Source of the DNA: Vampirovibrionales bacterium
Lineage (GTDB): Bacteria > Cyanobacteriota > Vampirovibrionia > Vampirovibrionales > Vampirovibrionaceae
Direction of reading: 5' to 3'
Length of the DNA stretch: 64,000 bases
Assembly: GCA_029866025.1 (NCBI GenBank)
Contig: JARXAD010000001.1
Coordinates: 143,361-207,360 of the forward strand
Below are positions 50,313 through 60,304 of this stretch, piece after piece; positions within the stretch are counted from its first letter, which is position 1; each line of letters opens with the position of its first letter. Under the pieces are notes generated by a model that was not told where the DNA came from, did not search any database, and saw nothing but the letters and a program-made list of their open reading frames with translations. The position numbers were made by a program, and so were the translations under genes.

Positions 50313-53300
50313 ATGTCGAATATTTCCAATGTGTCGTCGAATGCATCGGCTTTTAGTGCCAAAAGCATTCGTAAAGAGTTAACCAAAGAACAAAACGAAG
50401 CCCTGAGAGAAATGTCGAAAAATACCGTGCATGGCGATGCCGATTTGGCTGCTCAGTTGGCTGTTTTGAGTGTTTTGGAATTTAACACCCTGGCCGGCAC
50501 CAGCAGTGCCGATACAGAAACCATTACGATTAACAACGATACCAGCGTTTCGATGAAAGAGAAAAAAGGCACCCTGGACAAAATAAAAGAAGTTTTTGAA
50601 AAATTTAAAAGCAACGTGCAACTGGCTAAAGACGAAATTAAGCTGGTTAAAACCTTTATTAAAGACTTGCAATCGCCCGCCGACCGAAGCGATGAGCCCC
50701 CTGCCTTAATGGGCTTTACCCAAGAGGAATACGCTGCCGTTAAAGGTTCCAAGCGTATTCAAATGGAGAGCGGCGAAACCGACGAAAAACGCAAGTACGC
50801 CGTTATGACGGGTGTGGAAACGGGCTTTTTAGAAAGCCTTCGCAAAGATTTAAAATCGGGCCTGTTTAACATTAAAAACCCCAAAATTGGCGATTTTCAA
50901 GCCAAGGTCAAAGAATACGAAGGCAAGGCCAACAAATCCACCGAAGATTATGAAAAACTGTTGGGCTACCGCTACATTGTGGACAATTGGACGGAGATGA
51001 ACAAGTCCGGCGGCAAGGCTAACCTGAGCAAGGCTAACCTGAAGAACTTGGACAAACAGGGCGGTAAAGACGGCTTTGTGACCTTGGGCGATATTGACGC
51101 CTCGAAAGGGCAAAAGCAGGGTTACCACTCGCGTAAGGTAACGGGTATTGTTACCGCTGCCGTGGTGGGTACTGCAATAACCGTGTTAACGGGGGGTGCC
51201 TTGGGCCCTGTGGCGGCCGGTGCCATTGGTGCCGCTGCTGGTTCAGTAGCTTCTAGCGCTATTCAAAAAAAGACCTTTAAAGAAGCGGCCAAAGAGGCGG
51301 CCTTGGCTGCCGCCTTAGGGGCGGTGGGCGGTGTTGCGGCACAAGGTGCTGGAGCGGCGGCTAGTGGGTTAACCAGCAAAATGTCAAGCGAAGTGGCCAA
51401 AGCGGCCATTAAGCAAGGGGCGTCTGCTGCGGCACGCAGTGCCAGCACCACTGTTATTAACGACGTTGCCGATGACGGCAAACTAAACAACCGTAAAGGC
51501 TACTTAAAGCAAATAGGCATTGGCGCCGTAACGGGTGCTGCTGCCAGCGGCCTAGGCGCTGGCCTGGGCGATTTTGGAGCCACGGTTGTGGGTAAATCCA
51601 TTGAGCGAGGTGCCCAGCAAGGCATGGATTATGCCGCCAAGGACCTAACCGATGGCAAGAAAGGCTTTGATGAAAAAGCCCTACTGGGCGCTTTTGCCGG
51701 AGGCGTGGTGAGTGGTGCTGTAGAGCAAGGGGCCCAAGCCGTGGGTAACCATGTAGGACCTGAAACCCGCTTTGGCAATAGCCCTGTGGGCGAGACGGTA
51801 AAGGCAGGGTTGGGCGGATTGGCGGCCGGTGCTGCTGGCGAATTGACCAACCAGGTTATTTCTCGCAAAAAAGGCCAACGCGACACGGAGAGCATTTTAA
51901 ACAGTGCGCTGGGTAGCATGCAATCCAACGCGGTGGCGGCCCATCAAGAGTCTCGTGCCGAGCGTAAAGCGAAGCAAGAACGTGAAGCCCAATTGGCAGC
52001 ATTACTGAGTGCTAAACCCGGTGGTGAGGCCTCTGCAGATGAAGCACCTTGGAGAACTCTCTTAGACGGTGAAATGACCGAAACCTCTGCCGAGGCTGGC
52101 CCTGACGATCCAATTGTTCCCAAAAGCAAACTTATCAAATTGGATGACAATGGAGAACCCTACCTAGACAGCAATGCTGGAACTGCGACTAAAGCAGACT
52201 GGGAAGAATTACGTGCCTTAGGTAAGGAGTATAAAGCACGCAAGCAAGCCGCCAAGGCAAAGGCTGCTGCCGCAAACCCTGCTACAACCAAGGCTGCCTC
52301 TAGCGCTCCCGTTGCTACAACCACTAATGTCTCTAACGCCGTCGTTAACACTCCCAATGTTCCAGCTAAGCCTGTAGCCTCCACTACCCCTGCTGCGAAA
52401 CCAGCAGCGGTCGAGTCAAAAGATTACTGGGACATGAGTAAACGGCAACGGCGCCAATTGGATAGAGCTGATCGCAAGGCGAAAAAATATGCCTACGAGG
52501 AGGCAATGTTTTGGGACCCAAATCAAACTGAGATAGCTCCCCCTGAAAAAACTGGCATTCTAACCCGCGTTTCGGATAAGGTTGTTAATACCTATAACCG
52601 TGCGACCAAAGGCGACGTTACTTATGGTAATGATGGAACGGCATATTACGACCGCAGCACTACCTGGGTAAAGCAAGCCAAACGTGGTATTGGCAACGCC
52701 GCCCACGCCGTGGGTAACGGCATCGAAAAAGCCTACGACCGCGTTGTTAACGGTAAAGTGGTTACAGATGCCAATGGCAATGTCGTAAAGGATGGCTGGG
52801 GTGACCCTGTTCGCAAGCGCCCTATTATCGACCGCATTACCAAAGGCACAGTGGTTACAGATGCCCAAGGCAACATCCAGACGGATGACAACGACAACCC
52901 TGTTTACACTCGCCCAATGGTAGACGGTTTCAAAAAAGTCTACAGCCGCGTTGTTAACGGTAAAGTGGTTACAGATGCCAATGGCAATGTCGTAAAGGAT
53001 GGCTGGGGTGACCCTGTTCGCAAGCGCCCTATTATCGACCGCATTAGCAAAGGCAAGTACGATCCAGAGTATGAATCCTACAGTCGCCCAATGGTAGACG
53101 GTTTCAAAAAAGTCTACAGCCGCGTTGTTAACGGTAAAGACGTTAGTGGTGAATCTGAAATTACCACCTACGAGCGTCCTCTCCTTGACAAAGCTCACAA
53201 CGTAGGTCAGTACATTCTCCACCCTTTTAAGGCGGAAAAACGTGACCTGCGGAACCCATACGTTACTCAAACCCTTAGCAAATCTCCCCAAACAAAAACA

Positions 53301-53687
53301 GGCAATTTTGTTGCCGATGGATCAACCAATGGCAAAGCCGTTTTAAACGGTAGTAAGAAATCGGGTAATGCTGTTGTATCGGGTGCCACTAGTGGCCAAA
53401 TCGGTATCAATACCGGTCGTGCTGCAGCAAATGCTTTCACTGCTCAGTATACAATCTATGATAACCTACCCTTTGAAGAAGCATTTGAGGCCGCCCGAAA
53501 AAAACGGATTAGCGATATGCACACCACCACAACGTACAACGGAGTCGATGCGTTTCCTTGGCACGTGGGTGAAAACCCAAAAAACCCCAGTGGGTGGTAC
53601 AATCTTCGTCGCAAAGATGAGGACGACCTTACGTATCAATCTCTTTTCCTGAACTATGAGCCTTTAGAAACAAACAAAGCAAAGTAG
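50313..53687 (+). CDS. Large hypothetical protein: Ser/Asn-rich N-terminus, EF-hand-like module, Gly/Ala-zipper hydrophobic region and internal repeats
   Basis: 1124-aa ORF with strong RBS (GAGGAAGAG); TGIVTAAVVGTAITVLTGGALGPVAAGAIGAAAG; repeated RVVNGKVVTDANGNVVKDGWGDPVRKRPIIDRI. Confidence 0.85.
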   Translation: MSNISNVSSNASAFSAKSIRKELTKEQNEALREMSKNTVHGDADLAAQLAVLSVLEFNTLAGTSSADTETITINNDTSVSMKEKKGTLDKIKEVFEKFKSNVQLAKDEIKLVKTFIKDLQSPADRSDEPPALMGFTQEEYAAVKGSKRIQMESGETDEKRKYAVMTGVETGFLESLRKDLKSGLFNIKNPKIGDFQAKVKEYEGKANKSTEDYEKLLGYRYIVDNWTEMNKSGGKANLSKANLKNLDKQGGKDGFVTLGDIDASKGQKQGYHSRKVTGIVTAAVVGTAITVLTGGALGPVAAGAIGAAAGSVASSAIQKKTFKEAAKEAALAAALGAVGGVAAQGAGAAASGLTSKMSSEVAKAAIKQGASAAARSASTTVINDVADDGKLNNRKGYLKQIGIGAVTGAAASGLGAGLGDFGATVVGKSIERGAQQGMDYAAKDLTDGKKGFDEKALLGAFAGGVVSGAVEQGAQAVGNHVGPETRFGNSPVGETVKAGLGGLAAGAAGELTNQVISRKKGQRDTESILNSALGSMQSNAVAAHQESRAERKAKQEREAQLAALLSAKPGGEASADEAPWRTLLDGEMTETSAEAGPDDPIVPKSKLIKLDDNGEPYLDSNAGTATKADWEELRALGKEYKARKQAAKAKAAAANPATTKAASSAPVATTTNVSNAVVNTPNVPAKPVASTTPAAKPAAVESKDYWDMSKRQRRQLDRADRKAKKYAYEEAMFWDPNQTEIAPPEKTGILTRVSDKVVNTYNRATKGDVTYGNDGTAYYDRSTTWVKQAKRGIGNAAHAVGNGIEKAYDRVVNGKVVTDANGNVVKDGWGDPVRKRPIIDRITKGTVVTDAQGNIQTDDNDNPVYTRPMVDGFKKVYSRVVNGKVVTDANGNVVKDGWGDPVRKRPIIDRISKGKYDPEYESYSRPMVDGFKKVYSRVVNGKDVSGESEITTYERPLLDKAHNVGQYILHPFKAEKRDLRNPYVTQTLSKSPQTKTGNFVADGSTNGKAVLNGSKKSGNAVVSGATSGQIGINTGRAAANAFTAQYTIYDNLPFEEAFEAARKKRISDMHTTTTYNGVDAFPWHVGENPKNPSGWYNLRRKDEDDLTYQSLFLNYEPLETNKAK
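52739..53139 (+). repeat. Intragenic in-frame direct repeats
   Basis: 101-bp exact repeat at 52739-52839 and 52946-53046 (offset 207); 56-bp exact repeat at 52910-52965 and 53084-53139 (offset 174). Confidence 0.92.
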
Positions 53688-53745
53688 TCAGTTTGTCTGA
53701 GTTAAGCCCTAAAAGCTTAACTTCATCCAACTTACTCAACCAAAG

Positions 53746-53775
53746 AGCCATCCGCACCCCGCGGGTGGCTTTTTT
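53746..53775 (+). terminator. Rho-independent terminator
   Basis: AGCCATCCGC-ACCCC-GCGGGTGGCT followed by TTTTT. Confidence 0.8.
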
Positions 53776-53922
53776 GGGGTGTGGTTTCTTTCTCGCTAAA
53801 CAGCTCGCCAATATACGTGTGTCTCAGTTAGCCTTTTTTTTGCTGTTTTTATCTCACGGTCAAACAAAGCGGTTGGTGTGTCTCTCTGGGGGTTTTTCTT
53901 GCTCTCAGGCTTTTTTAAAATA

Positions 53923-53995
53923 TACCCCGTAGGGGAGTCGAACCCCTGTCGCCTCCGTGAAAGGGAGGTGTCCTAGGCCACTAGACGAACGGGGC
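53923..53995 (-). tRNA. trnE: tRNA-Glu(TTC), CCA not encoded
   Basis: GCCCCGTTCGTCTAGTGGCCTAGGACACCTCCCTTTCACGGAGGCGACAGGGGTTCGACTCCCCTACGGGGTA folds as a cloverleaf with anticodon TTC. Confidence 0.97.
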
Positions 53996-54122
53996 AAAAT
54001 CGATCATCTGAGAAGACTATACAGCCTACTGAAATCACCCCCTCGGGGTCAAGGGCTCGGCCAAACAATTCTTTTTAGTCCTATGGCCTTGTGCACCACT
54101 GGGCTGTGCTATGGTGCTGTGT

Positions 54123-54377
54123 ATGGAGTATGCCATTCAATTGCTAGTGCCCTTATTGCTAGGCCTGTGGGGAGGGCAAGCCTTGGCGCAGTGGTTGGCC
54201 GCTCATCAGGGTGGCCGCTACGACTGGATAACCATTGTAGGCTGCTTGCTGGGGTTTAGCATGGGTTTGGCCATGATGTATCAGCGTTTGGTGATGTTTG
54301 GTGAAAAAACATCGCCCTCTAAAACCCTCCACCCACGTCCTCCTAAAGAGGAGAAGGGTAGCGACGATGTTAACTAG
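54123..54377 (+). CDS. AtpZ/AtpI-family two-TM protein
   Basis: Two TMs (LLVPLLLGLWGG; WITIVGCLLGFSMG) at the head of the atp operon. Confidence 0.75.
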   Translation: MEYAIQLLVPLLLGLWGGQALAQWLAAHQGGRYDWITIVGCLLGFSMGLAMMYQRLVMFGEKTSPSKTLHPRPPKEEKGSDDVN

Positions 54378-54753
54378 TGGCTTCCTCCCATGCGTTGGAG
54401 GTATTGTGCTGGGCATTGGCTACGCAGCCACTGTACCCTTGGGCGTCGCGCAAGCCCACACCATGGCCCCTGGTCAACAACCGCTTGCCGGCAATACCGA
54501 CCCTGATAACGCTGCAGTCAATGCCAAGCATATCGCTAAACAGGCGTACCGTGTGGCCACCCTTAGCTTGGTTCGCTTTATTGCCACTGCTGCTGTGCTG
54601 GTAGGGTTGGGGCAAGCAACGGCCAGCCCGGCAAGTAACAGCGTTGCCCAAGCGGGATGGGCCACATTGGGGTTTGTGGTGGGTTTGATGGTTAGCTTTG
54701 GCGTCCTGATGGTGCGTTCCACAACCCAAGGGCGCCGTAGGCCGAAACCTTGA
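54367..54753 (+). CDS. Putative ATP synthase protein I (divergent)
   Basis: Small hydrophobic ORF between the atpZ-like gene and atpB, with LSLVRF motif; start at ATG 54367. Confidence 0.55.
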   Translation: MLTSGFLPCVGGIVLGIGYAATVPLGVAQAHTMAPGQQPLAGNTDPDNAAVNAKHIAKQAYRVATLSLVRFIATAAVLVGLGQATASPASNSVAQAGWATLGFVVGLMVSFGVLMVRSTTQGRRRPKP

Positions 54754-54867
54754 CGGTGGAGCTGCTTGGGCTACAGTAAGAGGGATTGACGCTGCTGACA
54801 GGTGAATGCCTGTTTAAGTTGGTTCGCGGCAGCATCCCAAGTTTTCTTTTTTAAGGGTGGTTTTTTT

Positions 54868-55587
54868 ATGGAACATTTTTGGCAGGTGTCTTTTGGAAAT
54901 GGGCTGACGGTTCATGCCAATACTGTATTAATGGCCTGGATTGCAATGGGGCTGTTAATTGGTTTGGGATGGCTGGCGACGCGTCAATTGGCGGTCATTC
55001 CTACCACGCGTCAGACGGCAGGGGAATTTTTCTACGATTTTTGCCGCAGCATTACCATGTGCACCGCAGGCCCGCGCGGTGATGGCTATTTGTTCTTTGT
55101 TGGGTCACTGTTTTTGTTTATTCTCACCTGCAACTTAATGGGCCAGTTGCCTCTTAAGCTGTTTGGGCCTTTGTTGCCTCATGGTGAGTTGATGGCCGCT
55201 ACGGCAGATATTAACACCACCGCTGCTTTGGCCATTATTAGTTTGGTAATGTACATTGCGTTGGCCATTAAGCGGACGGGCATTAAAGGATTTGTTAGCC
55301 ACCATTTGCAGCCCCATTGGTTGTTTTTGCCCATGAACTTGCTGGAGCACATTACCCGCCCGGCATCCCTTCTCATCCGGCTGTACTTTAATATTTTGGT
55401 GGGCGAAATTCTTTCGGGTCTGGCCATGTCCATATCACCCTATGTGCTGCCCAGTGCCGTTATTTTCTTAGAACTGTTTGTGGCGGTGGTTCAGGCGTAC
55501 ATTTTTGCTATTTTGTCGGCGGTGTATGTGGGCCTGATGACGGAAGTGCATGACGACCACCATGCCGACGACGCTCACGCTCATTAA
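54868..55587 (+). CDS. atpB: F0 subunit a
   Basis: TADINTTAALA, TRPASLLIRLYFNI and QAYIFAILSAVY; His-rich tail. Confidence 0.95.
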   Translation: MEHFWQVSFGNGLTVHANTVLMAWIAMGLLIGLGWLATRQLAVIPTTRQTAGEFFYDFCRSITMCTAGPRGDGYLFFVGSLFLFILTCNLMGQLPLKLFGPLLPHGELMAATADINTTAALAIISLVMYIALAIKRTGIKGFVSHHLQPHWLFLPMNLLEHITRPASLLIRLYFNILVGEILSGLAMSISPYVLPSAVIFLELFVAVVQAYIFAILSAVYVGLMTEVHDDHHADDAHAH

Positions 55588-55712
55588 TAGAAAAAAGGGG
55601 CCGTTGCCCCCTTTGGATCTTGGCTTTCTTTTTGTTACAGTGCCTCTACTCGTTGGTATCCCTCGATTTTTGTTTTGTTTAAGTGTTGTCGTTCTTTACA
55701 GGAGTATTTCAC

Positions 55713-55949
55713 ATGGATGTTGCCGCCGCCGCAATGATCAGCGTTCCTTTGGCTGTTGGCTTGGCCAGCATTGGTCCTGCTATTGGTATTGGTATGATGG
55801 CCAGCCACTATTTTGATAGCGTGGCTCGTCAGCCTGAAGTGCAAGGTGCCATCACCCCTCAATTCTTTATCACCTTGGGTGTTGTGGAATTGTTGGGTTT
55901 GTTTGGCTTCGTGGCCTTCTACTTGGTGTTTAGCAAAATTACCTTCTAA
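55713..55949 (+). CDS. atpE: F0 subunit c
   Basis: ARQPE loop and conserved Glu in GVVELLG; AGGAG RBS. Confidence 0.96.
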   Translation: MDVAAAAMISVPLAVGLASIGPAIGIGMMASHYFDSVARQPEVQGAITPQFFITLGVVELLGLFGFVAFYLVFSKITF

Positions 55950-55971
55950 GCTTTCACCTGCTTCATGAGAC

Positions 55972-56002
55972 TCAGGGCCAAAGTGTTTGCTTTGGCCTCT
56001 GA
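55972..56002 (+). other. Intergenic stem-loop after atpE
   Basis: TCAGGGCCAAAG…CTTTGGCCTCTGA, probably an mRNA stabiliser or partial terminator. Confidence 0.5.
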
Positions 56003-56062
56003 ATCCCTTCTCGCCTCTTCAATCTATCGTTAAGTGTTTTTGCCAATCATAAGGTGTTTGCT

Positions 56063-56500
56063 ATGGAGTTTGATGCGACGTTTTGGGTTGTTATGGCCAG
56101 CTTCTTCCTGTTTATGGGGGTAATGCGCCAAGTCTATTTTGAGCCCATTCGTGCCATTCAAGCCTTGCGCTCCCACAAACAAACGGAAGCCCAACAGTTG
56201 GCTTCTCACTATGCCCAATCGGCCCAAGCACTAGAATTATCCTATCAACAATCACTGCAGGCCGCTCGCCAGCAGTCTCAGCAAATGATAGCTGAACGTC
56301 GTCGTCAAGCAGTGGCCCAATCCGCCGAACGCCTTCAGACAGCTCGCAACGACTCTACCCAAAAGCTGGTGGCTTACAGCGCCCGATTACAGCAGCACTC
56401 CAATGCTTTATATGACGAATTGGTACCGGAGCGCTCTGCGTGGGCGGATCAGTTGGTTCAGCGCTTAACGGCCAATGCCAAAACCCCTTCTCTGGTTTAA
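56063..56500 (+). CDS. atpF2: F0 subunit b'
   Basis: MEFDATF…N-terminal TM, YFEPI and a coiled coil; lies between atpE and atpF. Confidence 0.85.
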   Translation: MEFDATFWVVMASFFLFMGVMRQVYFEPIRAIQALRSHKQTEAQQLASHYAQSAQALELSYQQSLQAARQQSQQMIAERRRQAVAQSAERLQTARNDSTQKLVAYSARLQQHSNALYDELVPERSAWADQLVQRLTANAKTPSLV

Positions 56501-56559
56501 CTGGTTTATTTTCTCGTTTTATTTTTTAATCACTACCCACCTTGGGTTTGGAACGATTT

Positions 56560-57174
56560 ATGCCTTACACCCCACCTTCTGACGCACCGCCCACCGAATC
56601 TTCTGAACCTACGACCACCTCTCATGAAGGAACGGCCCATCACGGACCGACTCCCTACTCGTATGATTGGTGGGTGCACAGCAATGTGTTTAACATTGCC
56701 TTGGTGGCCGTTATTTTGTTTGTGGTGGTTCAAAAAACAGGGCTGTACACAATCTTTTCCTCCAAACGCCAATCCGTGGCCGATGAAATCAATACCGTGT
56801 ATGCGGCCCGTGATAAAGCCGCTGCCGAATTAAAAATGATGGAAACCCGCACCGCCAATTTAAATACAGAAATTGAATCCATTTTGGCGCAGGCCAAGAG
56901 TGCTGCTGAAGACATGAGTCAAAAAATAGTAGCGGATGCCCAGGCTGAGGCCGAAGCCATTGTTATTCGTACTCAGGCTCAAATGGCCCAAGAAGAGCGG
57001 CAGTTGCTGACCCAGTTGCAAGCCAAGCTCATGGAAGAATCCGTTGCAGCAGCCAAAGACGCCTTGGGCAAGTTGTCGGCTTCGTCGCAAGAAGCCTCGG
57101 TGTTTGCCTTTGCCAAGGCCATTGAATCGGAACAACTACCCATGACGACATTGGTTGGAGGAAAACACTCATGA
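56560..57174 (+). CDS. atpF: F0 subunit b
   Basis: SNVFNIALVAVILF TM followed by a long coiled coil. Confidence 0.88.
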   Translation: MPYTPPSDAPPTESSEPTTTSHEGTAHHGPTPYSYDWWVHSNVFNIALVAVILFVVVQKTGLYTIFSSKRQSVADEINTVYAARDKAAAELKMMETRTANLNTEIESILAQAKSAAEDMSQKIVADAQAEAEAIVIRTQAQMAQEERQLLTQLQAKLMEESVAAAKDALGKLSASSQEASVFAFAKAIESEQLPMTTLVGGKHS

Positions 57175-57701
57175 ACACTGCCACCATTGCCAGCCGCTAT
57201 GCCGATGCACTCTTTGGCTGGGCGACCGAAAACAACCAAGTCGCTTTGATTGGTGACGAATTGCAAGCCGTTTTGACCTTGGTGCAAGAGCCCGGTTTAA
57301 ACCTGCTGCCTTACTTGGCCGATCCCGCCATTCCTCACGATAAAAAATTGTCCCTCGTGTTTGAAGCCTTTGCTTCGGTGCAATCTCCCTTGCGTAACAC
57401 CTTGGCCCTATTGGTCGAGCACCAACGCATGGATTCCTTGCCAAATGTGGTTACTCATTACCAGCAGTGTTTGGACACCTCTCAACGCCGCTTGCGTGGC
57501 ACCTTAACCACAGCCTCGCCCGTGTCTTCAGCTGCGGTGGATGCCGTCACTCAAGCCATTAAAAAGCGCTTGGGTGCTGATGAAGTCTTTCTCGATACCA
57601 CGGTGGATCCTTCTGTCTTGGGTGGCGCTTCGTTGCAAGTGGGGGATTTTCGCCTCGATGGCAGCTTTGCTTCTCAGCTGCAAACCCTTCGGGTGGGCTA
57701 G
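57171..57701 (+). CDS. atpH: F1 subunit delta
   Basis: IASRYADALF and VDPSVLGG…DGS. Confidence 0.93.
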   Translation: MNTATIASRYADALFGWATENNQVALIGDELQAVLTLVQEPGLNLLPYLADPAIPHDKKLSLVFEAFASVQSPLRNTLALLVEHQRMDSLPNVVTHYQQCLDTSQRRLRGTLTTASPVSSAAVDAVTQAIKKRLGADEVFLDTTVDPSVLGGASLQVGDFRLDGSFASQLQTLRVG

Positions 57702-57770
57702 TTTTTTGTTTTACGGTGTTTTTGACTTTATTAATCTTGATAACTTTTTATTCTGAAAGGAACCAACCCC

Positions 57771-59294
57771 ATGTCTACCACTCTGCGCGCGGATGAAATT
57801 CGCTCCATCCTGAAAGAGCGCCTTGCGGACTTTGCACCCGCCTTGCAACTCAGCCAAATTGGCCGAGTCACCGAAGTAGGCGACGGGATTGTACGCATTT
57901 ATGGCCTGCAAGGGGCTATGGCTGGTGAATTGCTGGCCTTTGATGATGGTTACGAGACCATGGGCATGGTACTGAACCTGGAAGAAGACAACGTGGGTGC
58001 CGTGGTGTTGGGCGAATTCGTCCACATTAAAGAAGGCCAAACCGTTCGTTCCACCGGTAAAATCGCCTCTGTGCCTGTGGGTCAAAGTCTCATTGGTCGT
58101 GTGGTGGATCCCTTGGGTCGCCCTCTCGATAACAAAGGCCCCATCGAAGCGGAAGGCTACCAACCCATTGAAAAAAAGGCTCCCGGCATTATTTCCCGTA
58201 AATCGGTGCACGAGCCGCTACAAACCGGCATTACTGCCATTGATGCCATGACCCCCATTGGTCGTGGGCAGCGGGAATTGATTATTGGCGACCGTCAAAC
58301 GGGTAAAACCGCCATTGCTCTGGATGCTATCATCAATCAGAAAAACAACGATGTGATTTGTATTTATTGCGCCATTGGTCAAAAATCCAGCGCTGTGGCA
58401 CAAATTGTAAAAACCCTGGAAGACCACGGCGCCATGAGCAATACCCTCATCGTCACGGCGTCTGCCATTGACCCCGCCCCCCTTCAGTTCTTGGCGCCTT
58501 TTGCTGCGGTTGCCATGGGTGAATTCTTTATGGCCCAAGGCAAGCATGTACTGGTTGTGTACGATGACTTAACAAAACATGCATGGGCTTATCGCGCCAT
58601 GAGCTTGTTGCTTCGCCGCCCACCGGGTCGCGAAGCCTATCCTGGGGACGTCTTCTACCTTCATAGCCGCTTGCTAGAGCGTGCTGCCAAACTGAGCGAC
58701 GCACAAGGAGCGGGTAGCTTAACAGCCCTTCCCATTATTGAGACCCAAGCGGGTGACGTGTCGGCGTATATTCCCACCAACGTGATTTCCATCACCGATG
58801 GTCAAATTTTCTTGGAGTCGGATCTGTTTAACGCGGGTATGCGTCCTGCTATCAACGTGGGTATTTCGGTATCTCGCGTGGGTGGTGCCGCCCAAACCAA
58901 AGCCATTAAGTCGGTGGCTGGTAAGCTGCGTTTGGATTTAGCCCAATACCGCGAACTGGAAGCCTTTGCTCAGTTTGCTAGTGATTTGGACAAAGCCACT
59001 CAAAACCAGTTGTTGCGTGGCCAAAAATCCGTAGAAATTCTCAAACAGCCTCAGTACGCGCCCCTCAATGGTGCTCAACAGTACTCGTTGCTGTTTGGTG
59101 TAAACGCCGGTGTGTTGGATGAGATTCCCAACGGCAAAATCCAAGCCTTTAAGCAGCAGTGGTTTGAGTACCTGAGTGCTCAGTTGCCCGAGTTGGAAAA
59201 ATCCATTAACGCCGGTAACAAACCCACCGATGACGAAAGTCAAAAAATGCTGGACGCCTTTAAAACCTTCTCCTCCAGCGTGTTTGCTGGTTAG
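57771..59294 (+). CDS. atpA: F1 subunit alpha
   Basis: [23 protein letters not shown] and [13 protein letters not shown]. Confidence 0.99.
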   Translation: MSTTLRADEIRSILKERLADFAPALQLSQIGRVTEVGDGIVRIYGLQGAMAGELLAFDDGYETMGMVLNLEEDNVGAVVLGEFVHIKEGQTVRSTGKIASVPVGQSLIGRVVDPLGRPLDNKGPIEAEGYQPIEKKAPGIISRKSVHEPLQTGITAIDAMTPIGRGQRELIIGDRQTGKTAIALDAIINQKNNDVICIYCAIGQKSSAVAQIVKTLEDHGAMSNTLIVTASAIDPAPLQFLAPFAAVAMGEFFMAQGKHVLVVYDDLTKHAWAYRAMSLLLRRPPGREAYPGDVFYLHSRLLERAAKLSDAQGAGSLTALPIIETQAGDVSAYIPTNVISITDGQIFLESDLFNAGMRPAINVGISVSRVGGAAQTKAIKSVAGKLRLDLAQYRELEAFAQFASDLDKATQNQLLRGQKSVEILKQPQYAPLNGAQQYSLLFGVNAGVLDEIPNGKIQAFKQQWFEYLSAQLPELEKSINAGNKPTDDESQKMLDAFKTFSSSVFAG

Positions 59295-59351
59295 TCGCTC
59301 CTTTTCTTTTCCTTGTCGTAACACTCGTTTCTTCGAAAGAGGATTTGCCTC

Positions 59352-60287
59352 GTGGCCAACTTAAAAGACATTCGTCGTCGCATTAAAAGTGTGAAAAATA
59401 CCCAAAAAATCACGCAGGCGATGCGTATGGTGGCGGCTGCCAAGGTGAAACGCGCCGAACACAAGGTAAAAGCCATTCGTCCCTACAGCCAATCGTTGCA
59501 AGACGTGTTGGCCCAGGTGGCCACCACTCTCCCTGACAATGCTGAATCGCCTATTTTAACGTGGTTAAAGCCACTGGCAGAAGGCACTCAGCCCAAAAAT
59601 CCTATTATTGTGGTGATGAGTTCGGACCGTGGCTTGTGTGGCTCCTTTAACAGCAGTGTGGTACGCCAAGCCCTTAAGCTGGAGCAGCATTTGTTGGCCC
59701 AAAGTATTACGCCCCAGTTTATTACCGTGGGTCGTAAGGTTACCTTTGCCATGAAGCGCTATGGTAAGTCGCCCATATTGGCCACTTTAGCCGACATGAC
59801 GGCGGCCCCCAGTTTGGCCGATGCCCGCGCCATTGTGCAAACCGCCAGCAAAGCCTTTTTAGCCGGTGATGCTGACGATGTGGTGGTGCTGTCCACTCAC
59901 TTCCGCAGCCTTATTTCTTACAAAGTCTTGCTCACCTCCTTGGTGCCCGGACGCGCTGTACCCGCCAGTGGTTACTTGGATTATTTGTTGGCCACCCCCA
60001 AAACTACCGAAACTTCAAAAACCGCCACCGGTGAATCCTTACTGGAGCCCAACCCCTTGGCCGTGCTGGAACAAGCGGTTCCTCTTTACTTGGTCAATCA
60101 AGTCTACACCTTGCTATTAGAATCCGCTGCTAGCGAACTGGCTGCCCGGATGACGGCCATGGCCAGTGCCACCAAAAACGCCAGCGAAATGATTGGCAAG
60201 CTCACCATTCAATACAACAAGGTGCGCCAAGCCGCCATTACCCAAGAAATTTTGGAAATTGTGAGCGGCGCCCAAGCACTGGTTTAG
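59352..60287 (+). CDS. atpG: F1 subunit gamma
   Basis: IKSVKNTQKITQAM, SDRGLCG and NKVRQAAITQEILEIV. Confidence 0.98.
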   Translation: MANLKDIRRRIKSVKNTQKITQAMRMVAAAKVKRAEHKVKAIRPYSQSLQDVLAQVATTLPDNAESPILTWLKPLAEGTQPKNPIIVVMSSDRGLCGSFNSSVVRQALKLEQHLLAQSITPQFITVGRKVTFAMKRYGKSPILATLADMTAAPSLADARAIVQTASKAFLAGDADDVVVLSTHFRSLISYKVLLTSLVPGRAVPASGYLDYLLATPKTTETSKTATGESLLEPNPLAVLEQAVPLYLVNQVYTLLLESAASELAARMTAMASATKNASEMIGKLTIQYNKVRQAAITQEILEIVSGAQALV

Positions 60288-60304
60288 TGTGTAAGTGCTT
60301 TAGC

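Noticed and set aside
52739-53139. Possible CRISPR array
   Set aside because: The repeats are 56-101 bp, in frame inside a CDS, lack unique spacers, and no cas genes are present.
52560-53291. 243-aa antisense ORF
   Set aside because: Shadow of the repeat-rich sense gene; it has no independent features.
49888-53995. Genomic island integrated at tRNA-Glu
   Set aside because: I saw no integrase and no duplicated tRNA 3' end (att site) in the window.
55713-55949. Na+-translocating ATP synthase
   Set aside because: Subunit c lacks the Gln and the E-S/T residues of the Na+ site (it has GPAIGIG and VELLG), consistent with H+ coupling.
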